This document shows positions 56,707 to 64,000 of a stretch of 64,000 nt of DNA, in pieces; position 1 is the first letter of the stretch, and the number at the start of each line of letters is the position of its first letter. The translations under genes were made by a program, and so were the position numbers. Source of the stretch: Candidatus Eiseniibacteriota bacterium (GTDB lineage Bacteria > Orphanbacterota > Orphanbacteria > Orphanbacterales > Orphanbacteraceae); contig JAFGGD010000031.1 in the NCBI GenBank assembly GCA_016930695.1, positions 26,519 through 90,518 on the forward strand, read 5' to 3'. Below the pieces are notes generated by a model. It saw nothing but the letters and a program-made list of their open reading frames with translations. It made no database searches and was not told the origin of the DNA.

Positions 56707-57885
56707 GTGTTTGAATTCGTAACCAGTCACGTGGACACGGCCAAGATCAAGGTGGTCGGAGTCGGGGGAGCCGGGGGGAACGCGATCAATCGAATGATCG
56801 AAGCGGGGCTTTCGGGCGTGGAGTTCTGCGCCATGAACACGGACAGCCAAGCCCTCGCTCAGTCCCTCGCGCAGCACCGTCTGCAGATCGGGGACAAGAT
56901 CACCGGCGGGCTCGGATCCGGCGGCCTGCCCGAGGTAGGGAGGCGGGCGGTGGAGGAGAGCCGGGAGATGATCGTGGACGTGCTGGACGGCGCGAACATG
57001 GTGTTCGTCACCGCGGGCATGGGCGGCGGCACCGGCACCGGCGCGGCGCCCGTGGTGGCCGAGGTGGCCCGCGAATTGGGCGCCCTCACCGTCGGCATCG
57101 TCACCAAGCCTTTCGAGTTCGAGGGGCGGCGGCGGATGCGCCAGGCCGAGGAAGGGCTGGCGGAGCTGAAGTCGATGGTGGACACGATGATCGTCATCCC
57201 CAACCAGAGGCTCCTCTCGGTGGTCGGTCCGGGCGTCTCCCTGCTCGAAGCCTTCGCCACCGCCGACGAAGTGCTGCTGCGGGCTACCCGGGGCATCAGC
57301 GAGCTGATCACCCTTCCCGCGCTGGTGAACCTCGACTTCGCCGACGTGCGCACCATCATGTCCAATATGGGCGACGCCCTGATGGGGACCGGCGCCGCGA
57401 CCGGCGAGAACCGGGCGCTGGAGGCGACCAACCAGGCGATCTCCAGTCCGCTCCTGGAGGACGTGACGATCCACGGCGCCCGGGGGGTGCTGATCAGCAT
57501 CGCCGGCGGCACGGATCTGACGTTGCAGGAGGTGAACGAGGCGACGAGCATGGTCTGCGACGAGGCGGGACCGGAGGCGAACATCATTTTCGGCGCCATG
57601 GTGAGCGACGATCTCCAGGGGGAGGTGCGGGTGACGGTGATCGCCACCGGCGTGGGCGCCCGCGCGGAACAGCGAATCCCGGAGCCGGCCCGCAAGGTGA
57701 TCCCCTGCGAGGCGCGTATCGTCGAGAGCCGCGACCCGGCGGATCTGACGGACCTGCAGACCCCCGCCTTCCGCCGGCGAGAGGGGATGCTCTCCCGTCT
57801 GAAGGCGCGTCGCCGCGCAGTCAACTACGGCCGGGACGAGGACGATCTGGACACGCCGACCTTCCTGCGCGCCCAGGCGGACTGA
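56707..57885 (+). CDS. ftsZ: Cell-division GTPase FtsZ.
   Basis: GAAGGAGG-GTG. The tubulin signature is [16 protein letters not shown]...[13 protein letters not shown]. Confidence 0.95.
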   Translation: MFEFVTSHVDTAKIKVVGVGGAGGNAINRMIEAGLSGVEFCAMNTDSQALAQSLAQHRLQIGDKITGGLGSGGLPEVGRRAVEESREMIVDVLDGANMVFVTAGMGGGTGTGAAPVVAEVARELGALTVGIVTKPFEFEGRRRMRQAEEGLAELKSMVDTMIVIPNQRLLSVVGPGVSLLEAFATADEVLLRATRGISELITLPALVNLDFADVRTIMSNMGDALMGTGAATGENRALEATNQAISSPLLEDVTIHGARGVLISIAGGTDLTLQEVNEATSMVCDEAGPEANIIFGAMVSDDLQGEVRVTVIATGVGARAEQRIPEPARKVIPCEARIVESRDPADLTDLQTPAFRRREGMLSRLKARRRAVNYGRDEDDLDTPTFLRAQAD

Positions 57886-58107
57886 CCGGGTCCGGCCGGA
57901 AGAGGATGGGGGCGGACGCGGCGCCGCTTGTCGCCTCGTCCCCGCCGGTTCACCCGGAGTCGCGAATCCCGACGGCCGGATCGGCCCGAAAAACACCGCC
58001 GGGCCGTTCCGCATCGCCGGCGTCCCGTCACGGAGCGTCTCGTCGCTCCACTCCTTCACCCCGCGGGACGGACGGGGGAACGCGATCGTCGCGGGCGAAT
58101 CGGATCG

Positions 58108-58144
58108 GGTCGCGCCGTCCTGGCGCGGCCCGCTTTTCTTTCGT
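58108..58144 (+). terminator. Rho-independent terminator after ftsZ at the end of the dcw operon.
   Basis: The hairpin gggtcgcgcc-gtcct-ggcgcggccc is followed by gcTTTTCTTTcg. A TACAAT -10-like hexamer at 58144-58149 may serve the next gene. Confidence 0.55.
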
Positions 58145-58184
58145 ACAATGGTATCTCTCCCCGTTTCGCGGAAAGGGGGCGGCC

Positions 58185-60719
58185 GTGTCCCGTTCGATCC
58201 ATGCGCAGCGCACATGTACGCCGTTTTCTCCGCGCGTGCCCGCCCTCGCTTTACTGATCGCCGTCCTTCTTTTCCCGTCCACCGCCGCGTCCGGCGAGAA
58301 AGGGTTCTCCTTCGTCGTCACCGGCGACATCCACTTCTACACGGAAGGCGCCTTCGATTCCTCCGCGTATTTCCGCGGGGTTTGCGAGGCGATCGCCCTT
58401 CACGACCCGGGAGCGTTCCTGATCAGCCCGGGGGATATGGCCCCCCCCGCATCGGCCCGCGCCGTCATCGATCGGGTCCTCGGGACAAATCAGATCTGGT
58501 TCCCATGCACGGGAAACCACGACATCGAATCCGAATCTTATATAGAATATTTGCGTCAATATGTTCTGGACCCGAACGGAGAGTCGGAGCCGAACCTGGT
58601 CCGTCTCGGCCCGCCCGGATCGGAAAACACCACCTACTCCTTCCGATGTGGAAACGCGCATTTCGCCGTGATCAACGAGTACTACGACGGGACGAGCGAC
58701 GCGGGAGGCGACGGGGACGTGCCGGAGGCGCTTTACGACTGGCTCGCCGAGGACCTCGCCGCCGCCGGCGCGGAGCACCTCTTCGTGATCGGACACGAAC
58801 CGGCCTACGTGAAACCGGACGCCTGGAACGACCGCCTCCGTCACCTGGGTCAGAGCCTGGACAAACATCCGGAAAACAGGGACCGTTTCTGGAGCCTTTT
58901 GGCGGAGCACGACGTGGTCGCCTATCTGTGCGGTCACTCGCATAACGCGAGCGTCTACCGGCAGGACGGCGTCTGGCAGATCGACGGGGGGCACAGCATG
59001 GGCGCGGGCGATCCCGATGCGCCGAGTCATTTTTCCATCATTCGCGTGGAGGGGGAGCGGGTGGTCCTCGAGAGCTACCGGGATTTGCACGACGGCGTTT
59101 ACGATTACGATGACGTGGTGGAGAAGCACGTGATCCGCGCGCCGGGGGGCGTGGTCCCCCTCGTCGGCACGGGCTCGGTCTGGCGCTACCGGGACGCGGG
59201 GACGGACCCGGGGGGCACTTGGCGGAAGCCCGCCTACGACGACGCCGCCTGGAGCACTGGACCGGCTCCTCTCGGCTACGGCGAGGGGGACGAGGGGACC
59301 GTCGTGGACTATGGGCCGGATCCGTGGGAGAGGCGCATCACCACCTATTTTCGCCACGCCTTCGAGGCGCCCGACGGCGCGGATCGTTTCCTCTCGCTGA
59401 TCGTTCGCGTGGACCGGGACGACGCCGCGATCGTCTATCTGAACGAGCGGGTGATCCTCTGGAGCAATCTGGACCGGGACAGCGTGGTGACCCACGAAAC
59501 CCGCGCGTCGCGGATCGTCGGCGGCGACGAAGAGAAGGAGTACGTCATCGCCATCGCCGATCCTTCTCTCCTCCTTCCGGGGAGGAACATGCTGGCGGCC
59601 GAGGTGCACCAGGCCAACAGCGCCAGCTCGGACCTCCGCTTCGACATGGAGCTTTACGCGCTCGCCGATCGGGATTCGACCGACACGGACGGGGACGGGA
59701 TCATCGACGTCGTAGAGGGGGAGGGGGACCGGGACGGCGACGGCGTGCCGAACCGTGAAGACTACGACCCGACCGGATACTTCTACGACGAGGCGGACGG
59801 AAGGATTCTCGCGGGGGGGAGGATCTCCGTGGAGGGACCGGGCGCGGTGACGCTCCACGCCGACGGTTCCGATGGACGCTATCGCTTCTCGGTGGACTCG
59901 GCGGGGGTCTACGCGATCGAGGCGGTGCCGCCCCCCGGATACGAGCCGAGCGACGCGTGCCCCGTCCGGCCGGACACGGTGCGCGCCGACCCGGACGCCC
60001 CCATCGCGCTCGGCGCCGGAGAAGACGGCGCTTCGGGGTTTCTCGTTTCGCCGTCCTGCGCGGCTCACTACCGCGCGGTCCGTTTCCCCGGCCCCGGTTT
60101 CGCCCTCGTCCATGACAACTTCCCCTTCCGCGTCGTTTCTCCGGCGGAGACCGTTTTGGGATACCTGATCGCGGAGGCGGAGGGGGAGGAAGTGGTGGTT
60201 CGCTGGGAAACCCTCGCGGAACCGGAGGGGGTACGCTTCCGTCTTCGCCGTCTCTTCGGGGGCGAGTCGGATGTCCTGTGCGCCGCCGCCGAGAGGGTCG
60301 AACGGGAGGAAGGTGGTGCCGTTTATACCTATAGGGATCGGCCGGAGGCGAACGGTTCCTATCGTTACCGGTTGGACACGATCGACGACGCGGACACGGT
60401 CCTCGCGGGAGAGGCGGTGATCCTCTTCGAAGGGCTTCCGCTCCGATACCGTCTGACCGTGGCCGGCCCCAATCCATTCCGCTCCACCGTTCGCTTCCTC
60501 GTCGAACTCCCCGAGCGTGCCGCGGTGGAGATGGATCTCTTCGATATCCGGGGGAGGCGGGTTCGGCGTCTCCTCGGCGTCGAGAGCGCGCCCGGCGCCC
60601 GCTTCCTCGAATGGGACGGGAGGAACGACCGGAGGGAACCGGTTCCGAGCGGTCTCTACTTCTGCCGCTTCCGTTCCGGTTTTCGCGTCCTTCACGCCCG
60701 GGTGATACTTATGCGTTAA
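58185..60719 (+). CDS. Secreted calcineurin-like metallophosphoesterase with acidic Ca-binding repeats and a T9SS C-terminal sorting domain.
   Basis: GTG start with AAGGGGG upstream. The signal is ALALLIAVLLFPSTAASG. The MPE motifs are VVTGDIHFY, PGDM, CTGNHD and GHEP...CGHSH. Acidic repeats read DTDGDGIIDVVEGEGDRDGDGVPNREDYD. The C-terminal domain is GPNPFRSTVRFLVELPERAAVEMDLFDIRGRRV...GLYFCRF. Confidence 0.65.
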   Translation: MSRSIHAQRTCTPFSPRVPALALLIAVLLFPSTAASGEKGFSFVVTGDIHFYTEGAFDSSAYFRGVCEAIALHDPGAFLISPGDMAPPASARAVIDRVLGTNQIWFPCTGNHDIESESYIEYLRQYVLDPNGESEPNLVRLGPPGSENTTYSFRCGNAHFAVINEYYDGTSDAGGDGDVPEALYDWLAEDLAAAGAEHLFVIGHEPAYVKPDAWNDRLRHLGQSLDKHPENRDRFWSLLAEHDVVAYLCGHSHNASVYRQDGVWQIDGGHSMGAGDPDAPSHFSIIRVEGERVVLESYRDLHDGVYDYDDVVEKHVIRAPGGVVPLVGTGSVWRYRDAGTDPGGTWRKPAYDDAAWSTGPAPLGYGEGDEGTVVDYGPDPWERRITTYFRHAFEAPDGADRFLSLIVRVDRDDAAIVYLNERVILWSNLDRDSVVTHETRASRIVGGDEEKEYVIAIADPSLLLPGRNMLAAEVHQANSASSDLRFDMELYALADRDSTDTDGDGIIDVVEGEGDRDGDGVPNREDYDPTGYFYDEADGRILAGGRISVEGPGAVTLHADGSDGRYRFSVDSAGVYAIEAVPPPGYEPSDACPVRPDTVRADPDAPIALGAGEDGASGFLVSPSCAAHYRAVRFPGPGFALVHDNFPFRVVSPAETVLGYLIAEAEGEEVVVRWETLAEPEGVRFRLRRLFGGESDVLCAAAERVEREEGGAVYTYRDRPEANGSYRYRLDTIDDADTVLAGEAVILFEGLPLRYRLTVAGPNPFRSTVRFLVELPERAAVEMDLFDIRGRRVRRLLGVESAPGARFLEWDGRNDRREPVPSGLYFCRFRSGFRVLHARVILMR

Positions 60720-60839
60720 AGAATTAGCTGCGCGCCGCCACGGACCACCCCGCGGCGGGTCGATTTTTCGTCCGCCTCGGAACGTGCACGGTGGTAGGAT
60801 GAGAGCGAGGCGAACGCCGGCGGGCGGAGAGGAGTACCG

Positions 60840-61304
60840 ATGCGCGTGACCTATGAATCGATCGGCGTCGCCCGATCCCCTTTCCACACCATGGCGGAGA
60901 CGCCGAGACAACCGCGGGTGAGCGACGTCGAGGGGACCATTGAGATCGACGAGGCCTTCGCCGAGGGGCTCAAGGACATTGAAGGATTCTCCCACATCTG
61001 GGTGATCTTCCACGCCCATCGCGCCGATTTTCACCAGCTCTTGGTGAAGCCTTACCTGGACGACCGGCTCCGGGGAGTCTTCGCGTGCCGCGCCCCCCGG
61101 CGCCCCAACCCGATCGGCCTCTCCCTCCTCCGGCTCCTCGGACGGGAGGGCTCCGTCCTCCGCGTGAGCGGCATGGATCTCCTGGACGGAACGCCGATCC
61201 TCGACATCAAACCGCACGTTCCCGAATTCGATCATGAAGCGGGGGCGCGGATCGGCTGGCTCGAGGGGAAGGAGATCGAGCGGTTGGACGAGGAGAGGGA
61301 TTAG
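60840..61304 (+). CDS. trmO: tRNA (adenine37-N6)-methyltransferase TrmO/TsaA (YaeB family).
   Basis: YESIGVARSPF...PRQP...IEIDEAFAEGLKDIEGFSHIWVIFHAH...RRPNPIGLSLLRL...LDGTPILDIKP. Confidence 0.8.
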   Translation: MRVTYESIGVARSPFHTMAETPRQPRVSDVEGTIEIDEAFAEGLKDIEGFSHIWVIFHAHRADFHQLLVKPYLDDRLRGVFACRAPRRPNPIGLSLLRLLGREGSVLRVSGMDLLDGTPILDIKPHVPEFDHEAGARIGWLEGKEIERLDEERD

Positions 61305-61338
61305 TCCGGTCCCTCGCTCCGGATTCCGAGAGGGTTTC

Positions 61339-61995
61339 TCACGATCCCCCGTCGCCGAACCGCTCCACCCACCCCCCGACCTTCTTCCGGAAAGGCTCCT
61401 CGATCGGCCGCCCCGATTCGGGTGGATCATTGATGAAGGAAGGATCACCGGTCTCGAGGAAACGGGCCATTCCCTCTTCGTTCGCCCAGTAAAAAAGACC
61501 CCAGTTCTCCAGGCTCCATTCCGGATCGTACTCGTTCACCTCGTAATCGATATAAAAGAGGCGTTCTCGCCGGAGGAGGAAGTTGGTGGGGAACCAGTCC
61601 AGGTTGAGACCGCTGCGCCGGGCGAGCCTCGCGATCGAGAAGAGGCCGGGAAGCATGGACGAGGGGTCGCCGCCGCCGGCGATCCTCTCCGCCGCGGTGG
61701 GACCCTCTAAATATTCCTTTACCAGAAAGCGCTTTTCCCGATCGAAGAGGAGGAGACGCGGAACGGGGATGCCGATCCGGAGGAGCGAGCGGTACGCTTC
61801 CCGTTCCGGATCGGCGCGGTTCCCCTCGAAGCGGTAGTAGGGGTTCGGCTCGTCGTGCATTACCTTGAGCACCACCCGCGCCCCGCCGCGGCGGGCGAGA
61901 TAGGAATGGGCCGATTTTCCTTTGCCGATCAACCGCTCGACTCGGCAGGACGCGCCGGAAGCGGGGAAACGATCGCCGGGGCGCAGGATCTCCAT
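61339..61995 (-). CDS. Small atypical protein-kinase-like protein (RIO/Kdo-kinase-like fold).
   Basis: GGAGGAA lies upstream of the ATG at 61995. The Gly-rich loop is IGKGKSAHSY. VVLKV is a candidate beta3 Lys. LVKEYLEG is hinge-like. LDWFPTNFLL and FYIDYE occupy the catalytic and DFG-loop positions. The longer ORF reaching 63108 in the same frame is an artefact. Confidence 0.5.
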   Translation of the reverse strand: MEILRPGDRFPASGASCRVERLIGKGKSAHSYLARRGGARVVLKVMHDEPNPYYRFEGNRADPEREAYRSLLRIGIPVPRLLLFDREKRFLVKEYLEGPTAAERIAGGGDPSSMLPGLFSIARLARRSGLNLDWFPTNFLLRRERLFYIDYEVNEYDPEWSLENWGLFYWANEEGMARFLETGDPSFINDPPESGRPIEEPFRKKVGGWVERFGDGGS

Positions 61996-62178
61996 CAGGG
62001 CCGTTCCTCCGAGTCGACCGTAATCGATTGCGGCAAAAGAGACAAGCAGGTCGGGTACGGCATGAATCCGTCCGGTTTCTCTCTCCGCTCGGGGGAGGCG
62101 AAAGGATCGGCACGCTTCTGCCGATCTTTTTGGGAGAGCCCCCTCGGGAATGGCGGGGAATGGAGAGGAAGGGGAAGG

Positions 62179-62856
62179 ATGGAACGGGTCGCCTTGTTCC
62201 CTCATCTGTTTCAGGAAGTGCAGCTCCGTTTCGATCGCGGTTTCGGGCCGGAAGTGTTCCGCACGCGGATCGAGGGCTTGGACGAGAAGACCATCACCGT
62301 CGGCGCCCCGATGGAAGGGCGCGGCACGGGCGCCCTCTCTCCCGATCTCCGGTTCGAGGTGATGGCCGTGGCCGAGGACGGCCTCCATTTCGCCGCCACC
62401 TATCTGGTCCGGGTGATCTACCGGGCGGACGAGCCTTGCCTCGTTCTCCACCGGCCGAAATCGGAAAAGATCGTGCAGCGGCGGGATCATTGCCGCGCCG
62501 AGTGCGCCGTCAATCTGGATTACCGGATGATCGACGCGCCGGGGGTGCGGACGATCCTCCCCTTCCAGGCGGCGCTCTGCAAGAACCTGAGCGGCGGCGG
62601 TCTGCTCCTCGTCCTTCCGCTTGCCGTGCCGGCCAAGGAGCACGTGGAGCTGGAGATCCCCGTGGATACGTCTCCCGTCCGCGTGATCGGGAAAATCGTC
62701 GGCGAGCGGCCCTGGCCGCGCCATGATGGACGTACCGCCTACGGCGTCGAATTCCTCGACCTCGACGAAATGAACCGGGAGAGACTCATCCATTTCGTCT
62801 TCGCCCGCGCGCGGGAGGACGCCTTCCTCCGCTGGCGAAACCGAAACTGGAGCTGA
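62179..62856 (+). CDS. PilZ-domain c-di-GMP receptor (YcgR-like N-domain plus PilZ).
   Basis: GGAAGGGGAAGG-ATG. The RxxxR motif is QRRDHCR. The D/NxSxGG motif is CKNLSGGGLLL. Both are in canonical order and spacing. Confidence 0.65.
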   Translation: MERVALFPHLFQEVQLRFDRGFGPEVFRTRIEGLDEKTITVGAPMEGRGTGALSPDLRFEVMAVAEDGLHFAATYLVRVIYRADEPCLVLHRPKSEKIVQRRDHCRAECAVNLDYRMIDAPGVRTILPFQAALCKNLSGGGLLLVLPLAVPAKEHVELEIPVDTSPVRVIGKIVGERPWPRHDGRTAYGVEFLDLDEMNRERLIHFVFARAREDAFLRWRNRNWS

Positions 62857-62929
62857 CCGCTCCACAGCGGCGGCGGCTCCGGCCATCCACGCGGATGGAA
62901 GCGGGCTTCTTCGGATTCCCCGGACATCG

Positions 62930-63802
62930 TTATCGCAATCGGATCGCCTTCTGCGTCTTTTCCAGGTTGCCCGCGCGCAGGCGGCAGAAATAGATCCCCG
63001 CGGGAATCTCCTCTCCTCTATCGTCCCGTCCGTCCCAGACGACGACGTGCGAACCGGCGCCCGCGGAGCCGTCCACCGGATGGGCGACCGATCGACCCCG
63101 AAGATCATAGATATCGAGTGTCACCGGTCCCGCCTCGGGAAGGATGTAGCGGATGATCGTCGCGTCGCGAAAAGGATTGACGACCGTGAGATCGAAGAGG
63201 GGCGCCGCTTCGCCCTCCTCCACGCCGACGCAGGAGTAGTCCACCGTCAGGTAGGGGCGCATTCCCGGATTCCCGCATTCCTTCGAGTAGAACTTGCTCC
63301 ACTTCTCGCCGTCCAGTCCTTCGATCACGAATCCGCAATTCGCCGACGTTCCGCCGATCCAGTCCCGTACGCGGTCGGTGACGTCGATCGCATACCATCC
63401 CAGGTCGGGCCCGAAGGTGTACGTGAGAAATGGCGTGGATTCGTGGGGGATGTGGGTCGTGTGGTCCCATGTCTCCTCGTTCCACTCCTCGGTGATTCCA
63501 TAGAAGTTCACGGCGGTGTAGAAGTGGCTCGGGCAGCGGAAGAAACGGTACAGGTGAAGCGTCGCGGAGTCGATCGCCGCCGGCGCGCCGTCCCAATCGA
63601 AGCGCATCATGATCCTCTCGAAATGTCCGACGCCCGAGTAGTTCGCCACCCAGAGTTCCGTTTCCGTGGGCGGCGTTCCCGAGTGGTTCGGATCGCTGTA
63701 CATATCGTCCGACGGCTCGAATGTCATCGTTTCCGCACGCGGGGCGGAGAAGGCCGTCGCCGAGACGAGGGTCGCGATGAGCGCAAGTGTGGTTCCTTTC
63801 AT
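62930..63802 (-). CDS. Secreted DNRLRE-domain protein with a T9SS C-terminal sorting domain.
   Basis: The signal is LALIATLVSATAFSAP. The DNRLRE-type N-domain reads VANYSGVGHFERIMMRFDWDG...IDSATLHLY. The C-terminal domain is VVNPFRDATIIRYILPEAGPVTLDIYDLRGRSV...GIYFCRLRAG. Confidence 0.55.
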   Translation of the reverse strand: MKGTTLALIATLVSATAFSAPRAETMTFEPSDDMYSDPNHSGTPPTETELWVANYSGVGHFERIMMRFDWDGAPAAIDSATLHLYRFFRCPSHFYTAVNFYGITEEWNEETWDHTTHIPHESTPFLTYTFGPDLGWYAIDVTDRVRDWIGGTSANCGFVIEGLDGEKWSKFYSKECGNPGMRPYLTVDYSCVGVEEGEAAPLFDLTVVNPFRDATIIRYILPEAGPVTLDIYDLRGRSVAHPVDGSAGAGSHVVVWDGRDDRGEEIPAGIYFCRLRAGNLEKTQKAIRLR

Positions 63803-63833
63803 GTCCGGATCTCCTTTTACGGTTCAATGGTTC

Positions 63834-64000
63834 AGTAGCCGGTTTGCAGGCGAACCAGGAAGCGGGACGCCTCTTCCTCCACCGTTTCGCCGAGAATCTC
63901 TTCCGGAGTGTCGATCGGTGTTTCGTAATCGACGCGGAGGGAGCCCCCCGATTCGGCCAGCTCCAGGGTGATCCCCGCCGTGATGTAGGAGATTCCATAG
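63834..64000 (-). CDS. 3' end of an unidentified CDS that continues beyond the window end.
   Basis: An open frame on the minus strand ends ...LELAESGGSLRVDYETPIDTPEEILGETVEEEASRFLVRLQTGY with a stop at 63836-63834. Codon usage matches the neighbouring genes. There is no family call. Confidence 0.35.

Noticed and set aside
60732-60770. Possible terminator after the metallophosphoesterase gene
   Set aside because: Only a 5-bp stem (CCGCC/GGCGG) with a 14-nt loop precedes the T-run. That is too weak to call.
56128-61448. Minus-strand ORFs 56128..58215 and 58251..61448 (695 and 1065 aa)
   Set aside because: They are antisense to ftsZ and to the metallophosphoesterase and trmO, have no plausible starts, and translate to low-complexity Arg/Gly/Pro sequence.
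1-64000. CRISPR arrays, tRNA/rRNA genes, IS elements, integrases and prophage genes
   Set aside because: No short direct-repeat and spacer arrays are present. No tRNA-like GGTTCGAATCC T-arm motifs occur in the few intergenic regions. No transposase or integrase-like ORFs occur. Intergenic space is minimal apart from 15986-16252 and 36791-37273.

Overview
This is a roughly 70% GC bacterial chromosomal segment with no rRNA, tRNA, CRISPR array or mobile element that I can see. Five proteins carry a type IX secretion (T9SS) C-terminal sorting domain and one looks like PorV, so the source is probably an FCB-superphylum-like lineage such as Gemmatimonadota or a related candidate phylum; this is an inference. 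The content falls into four blocks plus an edge fragment.

(i) 1-660: a partial LeuC/homoaconitase-type dehydratase large subunit on the minus strand, running off the window start and absent from the ORF track.

(ii) About 1.1-28 kb: a large carbohydrate-utilisation region.
- A plus-strand operon: beta-propeller lipoprotein, a glycoside hydrolase (GH) 144/DUF3131-like lipoprotein, a sugar ABC importer (binding protein plus two permeases), and a 1064-aa secreted CBM/discoidin/(alpha/alpha)6 protein.
- A converging minus-strand operon: GH94 two-domain phosphorylase-like enzyme, GH1 beta-glucosidase and an SGNH hydrolase.
- A divergent LacI regulator with operator-like palindromes.
- Then a CBM9-like T9SS cargo protein, a TonB-dependent receptor, an 1104-aa Asp-rich protein with a T9SS C-terminal domain, a PorV-like gene, a second GH144-like paralogue fused to a T9SS sorting domain, and an orphan secreted protein.

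(iii) 29-40.4 kb: a GT39/83-like membrane glycosyltransferase, a methylmalonyl-CoA cluster (mutA-mutB-meaB-mce) on the minus strand, a divergent acyl-CoA dehydrogenase, and a sulfatase-fold/TPR lipoprotein in which Thr and His replace the canonical Cys and Arg.

(iv) 40.5-57.9 kb: a complete dcw cell-division and cell-wall cluster (mraZ-rsmH-ftsL-ftsI-murE-murF-mraY-murD-ftsW-murG-murC-murB-ftsQ-ftsA-ftsZ) with a promoter-proximal array of MraZ-box direct repeats.

(v) 58-64 kb: a T9SS-cargo metallophosphoesterase, trmO, a divergent atypical-kinase and PilZ pair, a DNRLRE-domain T9SS cargo protein, and a partial minus-strand CDS running off the window end.

Many of the long ORFs in the six-frame track are GC-driven artefacts lying antisense to the real genes. 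The best candidate for a new system is the region from about 2.3 to 28 kb, a non-Bacteroidota, polysaccharide-utilisation-locus (PUL)-like locus, probably for beta-1,2-glucan, that joins a TonB-dependent transporter to surface enzymes and binding proteins anchored through T9SS rather than SusD-type lipoproteins. Every family assignment was made by eye from motifs, and no database search was possible.
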